NCBI GenBank assembly: GCA_013265495.1
Contig: MU058636.1
Span: 1,178,001 to 1,242,000 of the forward strand
DNA length: 64,000 bases
Direction: 5' to 3'
Origin: Vicugna vicugna
Lineage: Eukaryota
Shown: positions 1-11,975 of the stretch, in pieces
How the letters are laid out: each line of letters begins with the position of its first letter
Position numbering within the stretch: the stretch's first letter is position 1
The notes under the pieces: generated by a model
The model's input: the letters and a program-made list of their open reading frames with translations, nothing else
The model's database searches: none
What the model was told of the DNA's origin: nothing
Translations under genes and position numbers: made by a program

Positions 1-195
1 CGTCCATGAGAGTGACTGCTTATAATGTAAATCCATTATAAGTTTGAAAAGAAACTGTCATTTTATTTTCCAGAGTGGTGGTATCAATGTGCCTTTCCAG
101 CGGCAGTGGGCCGGCTGCTCCGCATTCTTGCCAGTGTTTGGCGGTGTCACTATTCTTTATTTCAGCCGTTCTGCTAAGTGTGCCATGAGATCTCT
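1..195 (-). mobile_element. Old L1 (L1M) ORF2 C-terminal fragment
   Basis: Minus-strand translation AEIKNSDTAKHWQECGAAGPL..TTTLENK resembles the L1 ORF2p C-terminus (AIIKKSGNNRCWRGCGE..QPLWK). Confidence 0.7.
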
Positions 196-1461
196 GCCCC
201 CAGCTAGCTCCCAGCGAAAGTGCTTGAAATGGTTTTCTGGAAAGAGAAAGGAAGGAAGGCAGGCCCCTGCAGAGAAGGCACACATCAATCAAACACCCAG
301 GACAGCTCCAGCGGGAAGCCAACTGGTCTCCCTACCTCCCCACTGCTCCCGGAAGGATGAAGAAACCTGTCCGGGATGTCCAGATGCTAAGGGCTGACCA
401 GTGCCCTGGCCAAGAGCATGGCTCCAGGGCCAGGCCCGGCTGGAAGCCCAGGTCCTCTACGCCCCAGCGAGCAGCTGCAGGCAAGAAAGAGAGAGGCAGG
501 AGGCCCTCAAAACCCCGGGTGCCCGGTCGGCAAATTGAGAATCGTAGTATAATACTGTGACATGGTAATACATACCCTATGAGATATAATAATTATAATA
601 GTAATATCCTGGGCTCTGAGAGTCAGTGGATGGGGCTGTCTCCCCTGCAGAGTGGCCCTTAGAGATCTTCTGGGCTCTTCTGTGAGCCAGGGGAAGTCCG
701 AGAAAGACTGTCGGAGGTCAGTACTCCTGGGCCCCAGGTCACCCTCCCACCTTCTTGGAGCCTGGACCCCAGACCTGGTCTGTCCAGGAGCCCAGACAGC
801 AGGCCGCCAGGCTCCACTGGCCAGGTCCTGGCTAGGGGAGCAGCAGAGCCAGACTGGGCCTGGCCCACAGGACTCATCTGGCAAAATGAAGGTCAAGGCT
901 AGTCCTCCCCAGGGTATGGCCACCCACCAGCATCCAAAGCCCCCCTGCAGGAGCACCACTGAGCCCCTGGCTGCATTGGGGTCCCCACCCCAGGCAGGCC
1001 AGCATGTCCCTCTAGACTCTGCTGCAGCCACTTCCTCCGTGAGCCACACTGGCTCCTGGTTGAACGTGCAAATTAAACCACCACACAGGATGGGGGAGAG
1101 GACTTTTCATCCTAACAACGCGTTAGGTGCACGTCCTGTGAGGACAGGACCCGCGTCCTTCCGTCGAGTGTCGCTCTGCAGCCCCACAGTCACACCTGGC
1201 ATGACTCCCGCTCCGAGCACTCAGCACCACCTCGGCCGTGCATCACGAGTCTCTTGAGAATCACTTGCTTCGTGTGGAACGTTAGGGTAGTTCAGAGTTG
1301 TTGTAAATATTGTAAATGTCATAGTGACTCACGATGAGAAATAACATCGTGTGTGTGCAAAACACCTGGCTTGCCAAACACACCTATCAAATCACGGCTT
1401 TTGTGTTATTATTACTGTGACTCAGCCTGAAGTGTGGGTTCTCACGGGGGAGGGGTCTCAT

Positions 1462-1479
1462 CAGTGCCCCCTGGTGGCC
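1462..1479 (-). promoter_or_regulatory. Consensus CTCF motif
   Basis: The reverse complement reads GGCCACCAGGGGGCACTG, essentially the canonical CTCF core. Binding cannot be shown from sequence. Confidence 0.6.
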
Positions 1480-1564
1480 CCTGAGGGGTAACGTCCCCTT
1501 CCACTTCACCTGCGCCCCTGCAGTAAGCCCACTTCTGCACCCCAGGTGCCTGAGTGCCCACACT

Positions 1565-1670
1565 CACAATGACCCCTTTTTATGGGTGAGGAAATGGGGT
1601 TCCCTCCGTTCACAGGTGGCAGAGCCAGGACCCACCCTCAGTGATTTCTGGCTCCAGACCCAAGGCCCAT
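1565..1670 (-). mobile_element. MIR SINE fragment
   Basis: ttttatgggtgaggaaatgggg...ggtggcagagccagga resembles the reverse MIR core. Confidence 0.5.
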
Positions 1671-3829
1671 CCCACCAGCCTGGCCCTCCCTGTTTGCAGG
1701 AGTTTTATGTGGTAGCAATTTGGTTTGGTTTTTTTTAATACAGCATGATGACTGCGTCTTCCATTTACAGCATCACAGAATCTGACACAATGGAAAGGGG
1801 AGCAAGAAGCTGCCAAGTCCCAACTCAGAGACGGGCTTGGCTGCTTCCTCGCGTTGGTTGGTTTCTGTTTCACTGCAGCCCTGAGTCTCCTGCCAGGGGC
1901 CAGCCTGGCACTGACCCAGACCTGGCCTCAGACCCCAGGTCTCCTGTTGTCCACGCTCCTGATCCCAGGGCGAGGGGCTTCTGCTTCCCAGGCAGCACAG
2001 CCTCCAGATGTCCGGACGCCGAGCCCTCTGCCGTCTTCTCCCCAGCACATCGTGTCTAAGTTTCTGCCTCACTGACTCAGCCCAGGGCCCCAGTTGCCCC
2101 ATCTGAGTCTGCTGCTACCAACAGCCCCTCCTACCATCCCTCCCAGCACTTTCTGGCTCACTGGGTGGTGGGGATGGTCCCAGGTCACGGAGTAAATGGC
2201 CAAAGGGTAAATGTGGAGACCCTTATAAACTGAGAAACCCACCACAACCATGGAGTCAACATCTGGGGTGGCCCTTGGGGACACGGCAGGTCCCATCCCC
2301 AACTGCAGGTCACCCAGAGGATGAAATGACAGCAAGCAGTGACGAGGCACAGGCCAGGGCCCCAGATTTTTTAGCTAACTCTAGAGTGCAGCCTGCTTGC
2401 CCTGGAGGAGACCAGACTCATCTACGTGAAATTCCATATAGTTTAATGTTTAACGTATAAACCATTGCTGTTTACCCACAGTCAAGTCACAGGACACAGA
2501 CCCAAGTGTCAAGAAGGGCCTGGGACTGCGCCCTGCTCCCAGTTACGCTGCCTGCTACAGCTTCATGGACGCAGGAGGCCTGAGATAGAGGCTCTTCTCC
2601 TCCCGGCACAGTGACAGGCTCGTCCCCTGCCCCGAGGTCAGGGGGCAAGGTGGAGCGCCCCCGGTGGGTGGCGACCGTGCAGTGGCCGGTGGCACAGCTC
2701 CGGAGCCCTGCGCTTAGAAACCCCCAGTCCTGCAAGGGGGCTGCGGCAAACCTGCCCAACCCCTGCCCCAGAGGGAGATGTCATCTCCACCATCCTGGTT
2801 AGGAAACAAATCTGCCCCGTGTCCCAGAGGGAGACACTTCTTCTATCTTTTGGGTTGTTTGCTGTACAAACATCCTCAAAAACTCACCCACAACAAAGAC
2901 CACCTCTGCTCACGTGGCTCAGAGAAATGTAGAAGGCCCAAGAAGCTGTAAAAACCCACAAAAGAGAAGTTATAAATTGAGGAAGATGGCATCTAACCAC
3001 AAGGATAAGGGGCATTTCCAGCTGACTGAGGACAAAAGCCATGATTTTCCCCAGCATTTCCCGTCTGTCTGTGTTTAACGTTATGTCAGGAATCTAAAGA
3101 GGTGTCTTGTGCACATGCCCCAGGGAGCAGGGACTGGAATCAGCCTGGAAGGTGTAATTTTCTTGAAAGTGATCCAAAAGGAGGCTGGTTTGATGCAGGG
3201 GATGGAGAGCTGGCGAGAAGACTCCCGGGGGCAGAGCCCACGAAAGGGCCCCCTTCAGGCTCGCTCAGCGTGAAGCGGGGGGTGGACTGGCCAAGGAGTG
3301 CCCTTGCCAGGGTGCACACTTCATTCCTTCTGCTCTGAGAGAAGCCTGGGCTGGTGATGATAATGATCGCAACCTAGTTCTCAACCCTCTGAACCCACAG
3401 AGAAGTGTGAAATCCTGGGGAGAAAACAATCCGAAAGTCCTGCCTCTTCAGGGCTTGGGAAGCACTCCATGACTCCAGAAAATTCGTCCTGCTCCAGAAG
3501 GAGGAGAGAAGCTGACAGAGCAGCACGTTCCTGCGTTTTCTGTGGGTCTGTGTGCCCGGCACTGCGCCAGGTGGTACAAGATGCCACAGGTAGAAATGGG
3601 GCATCAATTTCTTACTCATTCGCTCATTCATTTATTCAATAATCAATCTGTTCCTCTGCTGAATAATGAACTCACTCAATTTGCAAAACACTAAGCATTT
3701 CTACTCCATAGGTAATTCGAATTACTGTTTTATAGTAAACTGACATAAATATTTTCAAGAAATGCAATGGAAAATTAACATTAATTTTTTTAAAATACGC
3801 CTACAGATATTGAAAACATTTCTCACTAC

Positions 3830-4250
3830 GTCCTTCCTTCATTTGTTGATTCCACAAAACTTCGCCAAGCAACAACTGTACCAGGCATGGTTCTAGGTGT
3901 ACAAACACAAGAAGACCACTCAGAAAAGGCAAGCGCTACAAAGAAAAGAAAACGGAGCCAAGGGACAGACAGTGGCTGGAGGCAGGAGGCTCACGTCGAC
4001 AGGTGCAGAGAGGACGTGACGTGTGAGTTTAGATTTGAATGACAGGGAGGAACAACAAGACGTGGATGACCCCAGGGTGGTGGCCCAAGCAAAGAGAATG
4101 GCAAATGCAAAGGTCCTGGGGTCTGAAGGACAGAAGAGGCCACTGTGGCGGGAGAGCTGTAAGCAGGTCAGAAGCAAGAAATGGCAGCAAAAAGGCAGAA
4201 AGAGGCCAGCTCTGCAGGCTTTTATAAAGAACACTGGTGACAAGCCCTGA
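3830..4250 (-). mobile_element. L2 LINE 3' fragment
   Basis: tgtaccaggcatggttctaggtg and gcaaatgcaaaggtcctgggg match reverse L2 3'-end motifs. Confidence 0.6.
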
Positions 4251-5484
4251 GTGAGCAGAGGTGGGGAACCGGTCAGGATGCTAACCCTGGTTTATGTGAA
4301 CTCCCCTCCGGCATTAAAGGGACCTGGATAGGGAAGTTGAACGAGAAGCCCAGGCTCAGGTGAAGACTGGGGCACAGGTGGGAGACACTCCCAGCATGCA
4401 TCTGGAGCACACCGGGGCAAAGACGTCCTAGACATGGAGGGAAAATACACCAGAATCTTCAAAGTACACCATCCACCTGCAGACCATCACATAGACTGCA
4501 GCTATGTATGCAGGAGCCGCGAGCCAGGGATCGGCCTCCCGGAAATCAGAAAGGCCAGACTTACCCATCTACCGGCAAAGTCCTCCTCCCTGTCTCGTCC
4601 CCAACCCCAGGACTTCTGGCTGGAAGCAGCCTTCGGACCCCACCTGTACTTTTTCACTTGGCTCCACCCACCTGCCCAGCAATGTGGCAGGTTTGGGAGT
4701 CAGAGCGAACAGGAGAAGCAGCCAAGCACATCACCTCCAAATAGCATGTGGTGAGACCTCCTGTGTGCACCGCGTACGCAGAGACGTCAGGACGTGGCCC
4801 TGCGCTCCTGGAACTTGCTATCTGCTTGGAGAGGCATGCCAGGGGCCTCTGAGATGCATATCATGGGGTCCTCCATTCCTCCACCCTCCAAGCACTGGAG
4901 ACAGAGTTCAGCACTCCTTATGGGCAGCCAGGCCAGAGCAACACAGCTGAAGGTCAGGGTCAGGGTCGGAAGCCAGGCCGGGGCCAGGGCCTGGCCGGAG
5001 GAGCTGCCGGAGCTTGGCCACCCCAAGAACACTGATCCCAAGAAGGCACTAGAGGAGACCCCCAGAACCACCCCCCCAAGGAGAGGAGGCCCCGATGAGA
5101 AGGAGTCTCCACTGCCTCCTCCAGGGCTGCTCAGGCCCACGGCTCACAGCCCCCCAGGCAGCCCGGCATCCACCCGTGTGCCCCCCACCCACCCGCACAG
5201 CGTTCTCTCCTGATTTGTTCCTTATCGTCCTCTCCTTAATGAGCCCTTTCCAGCCTGCTGAAGAGCCTAAATTATTATTTCAGTTTTCCAGGAAAATGGC
5301 ATGCAATTTAGTTCAGTCCTCAGAGGCGTGTTCAGCACTCCCCTGTGACCTCCCCAGTCAGGTGTCTGAATCCCTCTGGGCTTCCAGGTCTGAAACGCCG
5401 TCAGCTCCCAGCTGAGTTTTCTGAGGAGATCGGAGCAGCGCCCTGCCCTCCTGCTTTCTCAGCTGCTTGGTCACATGCTAGTCG

Positions 5485-5900
5485 TGAGTGGTGGCTGCGA
5501 ACAACAAACCCCACCCAGGCTGGTTCATGCAGAACAGGCATGTACTGAAAGGGTTCCAGGTCACTCAGAACCGAAGGGAGGTCTCAGCGAGAGGCCGGAA
5601 CCCGGACGGCCAGGCAGCGACCACAACGGCTGAATTCACACACAAGGCGAGGCCCGCATGGGTGCCACAGCTGCTGCTCAACCAGAATCCATGTCACAGC
5701 CTGAGGTCCACGGGTTCCCCTTCATCCCTGCCTCCCTCACTCCAGGTGCGAAGTCCAGGTGGGAATACCTGGCTGCCAAGAGTAGGTCGTGTGTTTGTCC
5801 AGCGAGGGTATCCCAGACCCTGACCCCGGCTCCCCAGGCACAAGAAGGGCTCTGAGCTGTGGGAAAAATAGCAAGTGTCCACTGTGACTGCTCTGTGATG
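5485..5900 (-). mobile_element. Degraded MaLR LTR (MLT1K-like)
   Basis: ggctgcgaacaacaaaccccacccaggctgg...ctcagaaccgaaggga resembles the MLT1K end. A similar copy lies at 44.06 kb. Confidence 0.45.
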
Positions 5901-5999
5901 CAAACCCTCCAATGCTCTGTGCTTCTTTAGCAAAGATACACTGAATTGAAATAACAAGTTTGAAAACTATAAACCAGTGGGAAACAATCTGATTATAAT

Positions 6000-7140
6000 A
6001 GTAGAAGAAATCCGCATAGGCTGAAATGACCCAAGCCAGCACACGCAGGAAGGTCTCTGAGTGCCCCTCGCTGGGGGGGCAGCTCCCCACCTGAGATGGA
6101 CAACAGACCCAACCAGACCACAGACACTGACTCACAGGAGAGCCAGCCACATGCGGGAGATACCAGACCTGCACAGTTAAATAACCACAATTAAAAACTT
6201 CAAGGATGGGGGGGAGGGTGTGGCTCAGTGGCAGAACGTGTGCTTAGCATGTACAAGGCCCTAGGTTCAATCCCCAGTACCTCCATTAAAGTCAATCAGT
6301 CCATCACCTAATTACCTCCTCCCAACAAAAATTTAAATAATTAAAATTTTTTTCAAGGGATTAAATGATAAGATGCTAAATGTTAGCAGTACACTGCAAA
6401 GTATAAAAAAGAAAAACCAAAAAGAGATGACAATGATAACTGTAACTAAAACTTCAGGGGTAGCGTTGGGAGCAGATTAAAAAGCTTTATCTAAGAGAGA
6501 ATTCGTTAAGAATACCAGAAGGAAATATCCAAACTGAAAAATGGAGAGAGAAAGAGACAGAAACACAGAAAAGAGCGTAAGAGACGTATTAGACAAGTAA
6601 AAAACAGCTTTAAAATATATGGAACTAGAATCCCAGAAGGAGTGGGGAGAATTAATGGCGAAGAGGCGACATTTAAAGAAACACTTGAAACTGACTAAAG
6701 ACTCTGACAAAGCCACAGATCCAAGGACGGCAAGTCCGAGCAGCAGAAATACAAAGACCAAATCTAGGCATGTTACCGTGAAAGTGCTAAGAACAAAGCG
6801 ACAAAGAGAAAATCTTAAAAGAAACCAGAAGGGGAAGAAACATGTGTTACCTTCAAAGGACGGACAACAAGACTGACGACAAACTTGCGTCAGAAACGCC
6901 AGCAGCCGTAAGACGTGAAATCGTGCCCCCGAAGTGCTGGAAGGGAACAGCTGACCGCCAAGCAGCCTACATCCTCCAAAGACGTTCTTCAGAAATTAAC
7001 GTGAACTGAAAATGTTTCCAGACGACAAGACCAGCGCACACAAACTGAAGAACAACCTTCAGGCAGAAAACGGTCTCAGACAGAAGCGTTGAAACGCAAG
7101 AGGAACGAGGAACACGGGCAAGAGTAAACACTAACATCAC
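6000..7140 (+). mobile_element. Ancient L1/HAL1 ORF1 remnant, interrupted by a SINE
   Basis: ORF 6619-6876 (PSSRNTKTKSRHVTVKVLRTK..) resembles L1 ORF1p (PSRINPKKTTPRHIIIKLLKTK). The strand is A-rich and the frame is broken by frameshifts. Confidence 0.75.
6208..6346 (+). mobile_element. Vic-1-like tRNA-Ala-derived SINE
   Basis: Head GGGGAGGGTGTGGCTCAGTGG (A box), GGTTCAATCCC (B box), tail cctaattacctcc and an A-rich end. Degenerate TSD ttcaagg(g)at. Confidence 0.9.
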
Positions 7141-7229
7141 ACAGCGAGTGGCGGCGGACAGACTGGGTTTCCACGCGGAGCCAAGGCAGCAGCCTGCCCC
7201 CGCTGGCTGATCACCAGGGAAACGGCCCT

Positions 7230-7965
7230 TTATAGAAGAGATCTCTGGCCACGCGCTCCTTAACCCCGTGATCAGAGCTCGCACCGTAACAGTGGACAAC
7301 CAACACCCCATGTCTTCACGTGTCTCCTGATGTGACGCAACATGACGTCCACAGCATCGCCCCGAAGCAGAACTCCTCTGACTCCCGTCGGGCCCACGGA
7401 TCTAACAGACAGTTGGCGGGAAACACTCGGGTAGAGGGACAGCGTCAACACGTAACGGGGAAGCAGACCACCTGGTGGCTGTGCAGCTCTGCACAGGTGG
7501 CTGAGTTCCTTCAAAACGTCAATGTCATTTTTAAAAAGGAGGAGGAGGGGAGGTGGAAGAATGGCTCTGGACAAAAAGAGACCCAAGAGACACGGGAAGG
7601 GGGGCTCTTGTTCGGATGCTGCTTAGGACAGAGCAGGTGTGAGAGACACTTGGGGACAACCAGCAAAAGCAAACCTAGACTGCACACTGGGCAATGCTGG
7701 AGCCGTGGTTAACTTCCTTTGTTATAATAATGGTCTGATGATGACGACGTGGGAAGTGTCCGTGCTTTCTAGAGACACCTACTGAAGTACTTGGGGGCGA
7801 GTAACAACCAGCCTTTAAAATACTTCAGCCAAAACAAAGTAGGTAGCAGATGTGTCAGAGGGTTAGCAACTGTTTAAATCAAGGCAATGGCTGTGTTCAC
7901 TGGACACATCATTGCTCTCTACTTCTCTGTATATTTACAATTTTTCATACTGAAAAATTAAGTTT
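7230..7965 (+). mobile_element. L1MC/L1ME-type 3' UTR remnant
   Basis: Ends with cttctctgtatatttacaatttttcatactgaaaaatt, a typical old L1M 3' terminus. Confidence 0.65.
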
Positions 7966-8304
7966 AGGAATAACCAAAGGGAAAAGCATAACAGCATCGC
8001 CCTAACGGGGCTGCCAGGGGAATCGGAGCTAATGAAAAAAAAGTGCTTGTCCCTGTGCCTGACACGTGGTCATTAACCACTACCAGTCCTTAGTAATTGT
8101 TTCTCAACCATTTCTCAGTCCTTTCACTGAAGGGCAGAGTACAGCAAGAATATTAACAATTAAGGAATGAAAAGACCACAGAGCTAGAGGATTTTTTAAT
8201 GTGCGTAACTGGATTTGGGTGGAAGGCTGTGTCCTAGTGCGTGTGTACTTTTCTCAGGGAAAAATCCTGAAATCGTGGTCTCCTGCAGCCGGGAATGGGC
8301 AGCG

Positions 8305-8336
8305 CCAGGAGGTGGCTTTGGGGCACCCTCTAGTGG
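8305..8336. promoter_or_regulatory. Pair of opposed CTCF-like motifs
   Basis: CCAGGAGGTGGC (+, 8305-8316) and CCACTAGAGGGTGCC (-, 8322-8336). Confidence 0.45.
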
Positions 8337-8809
8337 AGACATGTGGGAACTGTTCTCTTCTCAGTGGCTGAGCCTTAGGAGTGGAAAACGCCATCTCTTC
8401 ATGGAATGTTGATGGATGTCATTTTCCAGGGTTGGTACCGGAGCTCTGTGGCTCGATGGGCCTCTTTCCCAAGAACTGTGGGTGGCCTGCCAGCCCCTCG
8501 CTGACACCATGTCATAAAACAATTCAGAGCAGCACAACATGGAGGAGAAAGGCCACAGCATTGTTGGGGATGCAGCCGGCATTTGGGGGCCTTCCGGGGC
8601 TTCTAGCGAAGTGACATCACTTGAAAATACGGCAGTGGTGAGAGCTGCTGACCCGTTTTCGGAACTGCTGTCATTCGCTCAGGGCAACGTCTCCATCCCC
8701 AGAGACTGGCAAGCTGACATCTCATCAAAGACACCAGAAGATGACAGACGCCCACACAGGCTGCTTGGAGCTGAGGCAGCGGGGTGACACCAACGGGAGA
8801 TGGTTATGC

Positions 8810-9070
8810 TCATAATAAAAACAACGGCGGCGTCCATGGACGAGCCTTCGCTAGGGGCCAGGCCTGTATTCCACAACTGACATGGCCTTTCTCACTGCTG
8901 CCTCACGATAGCCGCATGAGGGGAGCACCACGATTCATCCCCCTACAGCGGGACACGCCGAGGCGGGGAGAAGTTAGCGCACTTGCCCAGAGTCACGTGA
9001 CTGCAGGCAGGCGCGCTGGCTCCTGGGTCCAGGCCTCTTTGGCTCAGGGGCATGTTTATAATCACTGTGC
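8810..9070 (-). mobile_element. MIR SINE, strongly GC-shifted
   Basis: gaggcggggagaagttagcgcacttgcccagagtcac aligns to the reverse MIR core gaggcacagagaggttaagtaacttgcccaaggtcac. Confidence 0.65.
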
Positions 9071-9148
9071 CTCTTATGACTGACATTTCTCCTCTTCAGC
9101 CTCATGTTCCCTACTCAAAGAATCCTAAGGAAAGAAAATAGTCATCCT

Positions 9149-9271
9149 GATACAAACTACTATGTGCAGGACAGATGAACCACCAGGCCCTGTTGCACAG
9201 CACAGGGAAGTATATCCAGTGGCTTGCCATGACCTGTAATGAAAAAGAACGCATCTGTATAACTGAATCAC
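9149..9271 (+). mobile_element. Artiodactyl/camelid L1 3' UTR fragment (GC-shifted)
   Basis: Colinear with in-window copies at 19.0, 23.4, 36.2, 43.3 and 51.5 kb (gatacaaactac...agcacagggaa...ataactgaatcac). Confidence 0.85.
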
Positions 9272-9629
9272 AGCCCGGTTCAATCCAGATTTCTTGGGTA
9301 GGAAAGCAGCAGAGATAAAGGAGAAGCTCTATGACCAGGAGGAAAAGACACTGGTCATGTGGCCGGATCATTCCAGGGCACGCTCCCTGCGGAATCTAGG
9401 CTTCGTCGAAAGTCCTAGAGACTATTTTTAGTGAGTTGTGACGGAGACCACTGAGGTTGCAGGGTTTTTTCCTCCCATTTTGGGGGGATATTTATGCTTT
9501 TCTATTCTTTTCGTCTCTCCCTGCTCTGTCTCTTACACTCACTCATTTATGAAAATCCTTACAAGCATCATCTACTGCCGGCATCGCCAGGCACAGGAGA
9601 CACCGTGGATCAGGACTGACATGCTATCC

Positions 9630-10470
9630 TTGAGCAAATTCAGTAAAGTTGTAGGATCAACACACAAAAATCAGTTGCACTATATTAGCAATGAAATATC
9701 TGAAGAAGAAATGCAGAAAACAGTCCTTTCACAATAGCATCAAAAACAATAAAATACTTAGGAATAAATTTAACCAAAGAAGTAAAAGATCTGTATACTG
9801 AAAACTGTAAGACATTGATGAAGGCAATTTAAAAAGACAAAAATAAATGGAAAGAAATTTCATGTTCATGGATTGGGAGAATTAATACTGTTAAAATGTC
9901 CACACTACCCAAAGCCATCTAGAGAGTCAACACAATCTTTATCAGAATTCCCATGGTATTTTTTACAGAAATATGCAGAACAATCCCATTATTTGTGAGG
10001 AACCACAAAAGACCTTTGAATAACCAAAGTAATCCCAAGAAAGAAGAACAAAGGCAGAGGCATCACACTTGCTAGGTTTGAACTATACATCAAAGCTACA
10101 GTAATCAAAACACTATTGCACTGGCACAAACAGACACACAGACCAGTGGAGCAGAATAAAAAGGCCAGAATAACCCCCCACACATGCAGTCAAATAATAA
10201 TCTACAAGGGGGCCAAGAACACTCAAGAGGGAAAAGACAGTGTCTTGAATAAATGGTGTTGGGAAAACTGGATAACCACGGGCAGAAAAATGAAATTGGA
10301 TTCCTATGCCATACACAAAAATTAACTCAAAATAGATGAAAGATTTAAACATAAGACCTGAAACCATAAAACCATGAAAATCCTAGAAGAAAGCAAAGAG
10401 AGAAAGCTCCCTTATATGGGTCTTGGCAATGATAATCATATTGCAATATATAAATTTATCAAATCAAAAA
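9630..10470 (+). mobile_element. L1 ORF2 fragment ending in a short L1MA9-like 3' UTR piece
   Basis: Contains aaaatacttaggaataaatttaaccaaaga. ORF 10116-10325 reads KDSVLNKWCWENW, as in L1 ORF2p. Confidence 0.9.
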
Positions 10471-10474
10471 AGAC

Positions 10475-11975
10475 AGAGAAAACTGTAAAACTCAGGAAAA
10501 AACACAGAAGTAAATATTCTTGACTTTGGATTTGGCAAAGGTTTCTTAAATATTAGACTTAAAGTATAAGCAACAAAAGAAAAAAATAGAGAAGCCAGAC
10601 TTCATCAATATTAAACACTTCTGCACTTCAGAAGACACCATCAAGAGAATGAAAAAATAACCCACTGAATGGGGAAATTATTTTGCATAGCATATATCTG
10701 ATAAGAGAATCATATCTAGAATATATAAGGAACTCTAATAACTCAGTAACAAGAAGACAAATAACTCAGTTTTAAAATGGGCAAAGGACTCAAATAGACA
10801 TTTGTCCAAAGAAGATACACAGATAGCCAACAAGCACATGAAAAGGTGCTCAACATCCTTAGCCAGTAAGGAAATGGGAATCAAAACCACACAGTGAGAT
10901 ACCACGTCACACACACTAGGGTGTCTAGAATAAAAAAGACACACAGTAGCAAGTGTGAGTGAAGATGTGGAGAAATTAGAGCCCTCATAGGCTGTTGGTA
11001 GGAATATAAAATGGTGCAGTCACTTTGGAAAACAGACAACGCTTCAAAATACTAAACACAGAGTTACTATTTGACCCAGCAGTTTCACCCCAGGGTACGT
11101 GCACGAGAGAGATGGAAACACGTCTCCATACAAACACTTGTACACGAGCGTGGGCACAGCAGCATTATTCGTAACAGCTGAAAACCAAAGGGAAAAGACC
11201 CCAACGTCTATCAACTAATGAATGGATAAATAAAACGTGGTTTATCCATTCCATAAAATACCACTCAGCAACAAAGAGAAGTGAAGTGTTAATACACGTC
11301 AGAACATGGATGGACCTTGAAAACATCCTAAGTAAAAGAAGTTATTCACAAAAGATCACACAACTGTGTGATTCTTTTTATCTTAAATTTACAGAATAAA
11401 CAAATCCATAGAGACAGAAAGTGAATTTAGTGGACCACAAACTTCCAGCTATAAAACGATAAATCCTGGGATGTCATGTGCAGCATGGTGACTACAGTTA
11501 ACAATACCGTCTTATATACTGGAAAGTTGCTAAAGGAGTAGCTCTTAAAAGTGCCAAACACAAGAAACAACCATGGTGACTGTGTGGGGTGACAGACGTT
11601 ACCTAGACTTATGGTGGTGCTCATTCTGCAGTCTATACAAATGTCAAATTGTTCTGCCGTACACCTGGAACTAACAGAATGTTATACGTCCATTATATCT
11701 GAATTCAAATAAATACATAAGTGGGATTCACAGGCAACCATACTTTTAAAGAAAAAAGTAGAATAAAGAGAAAGTAGATTAGTGGTCAGCAGGGCCTCGG
11801 GGAGATGGGAGGGTTGCAGGGTGAGAGGTAAGGGGTAGGGGGGTTCCTCTGGGGGTTTTGCTAAAATTGTGGTATTGGCTGTGCAACTGTGTGCATATAC
11901 GAAACGCCACTGAACTGGACATTTAAATACGTGAGTTGTTTGGTATATGAATTTTATTTCAATAAAGTGGTTACG
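10475..11975 (+). mobile_element. L1MB-type ORF2 end plus 3' UTR, interrupted at 11434-11768
   Basis: aaatgggcaaaggactcaaatagacattt, caaatccatagagacagaaagt, and terminus gaattttatttcaataaag. Confidence 0.85.
11434..11768 (+). mobile_element. 5'-truncated L1MA9-like 3' end nested in L1MB
   Basis: cagcatggtgactacagttaacaatac...gtacacctggaactaac. Flanked by TSD agaaagtgaatttagtgg (11416-11433) / agaaagtagattagtgg (11769-11785). Confidence 0.85.

Noticed and set aside
9149..9241. ADAR or APOBEC editing as the cause of the biased substitutions
   Set aside because: The changes include A>G, T>C, A>C and T>G on the same strand. ADAR would give A>G only, and APOBEC G>A or C>T.
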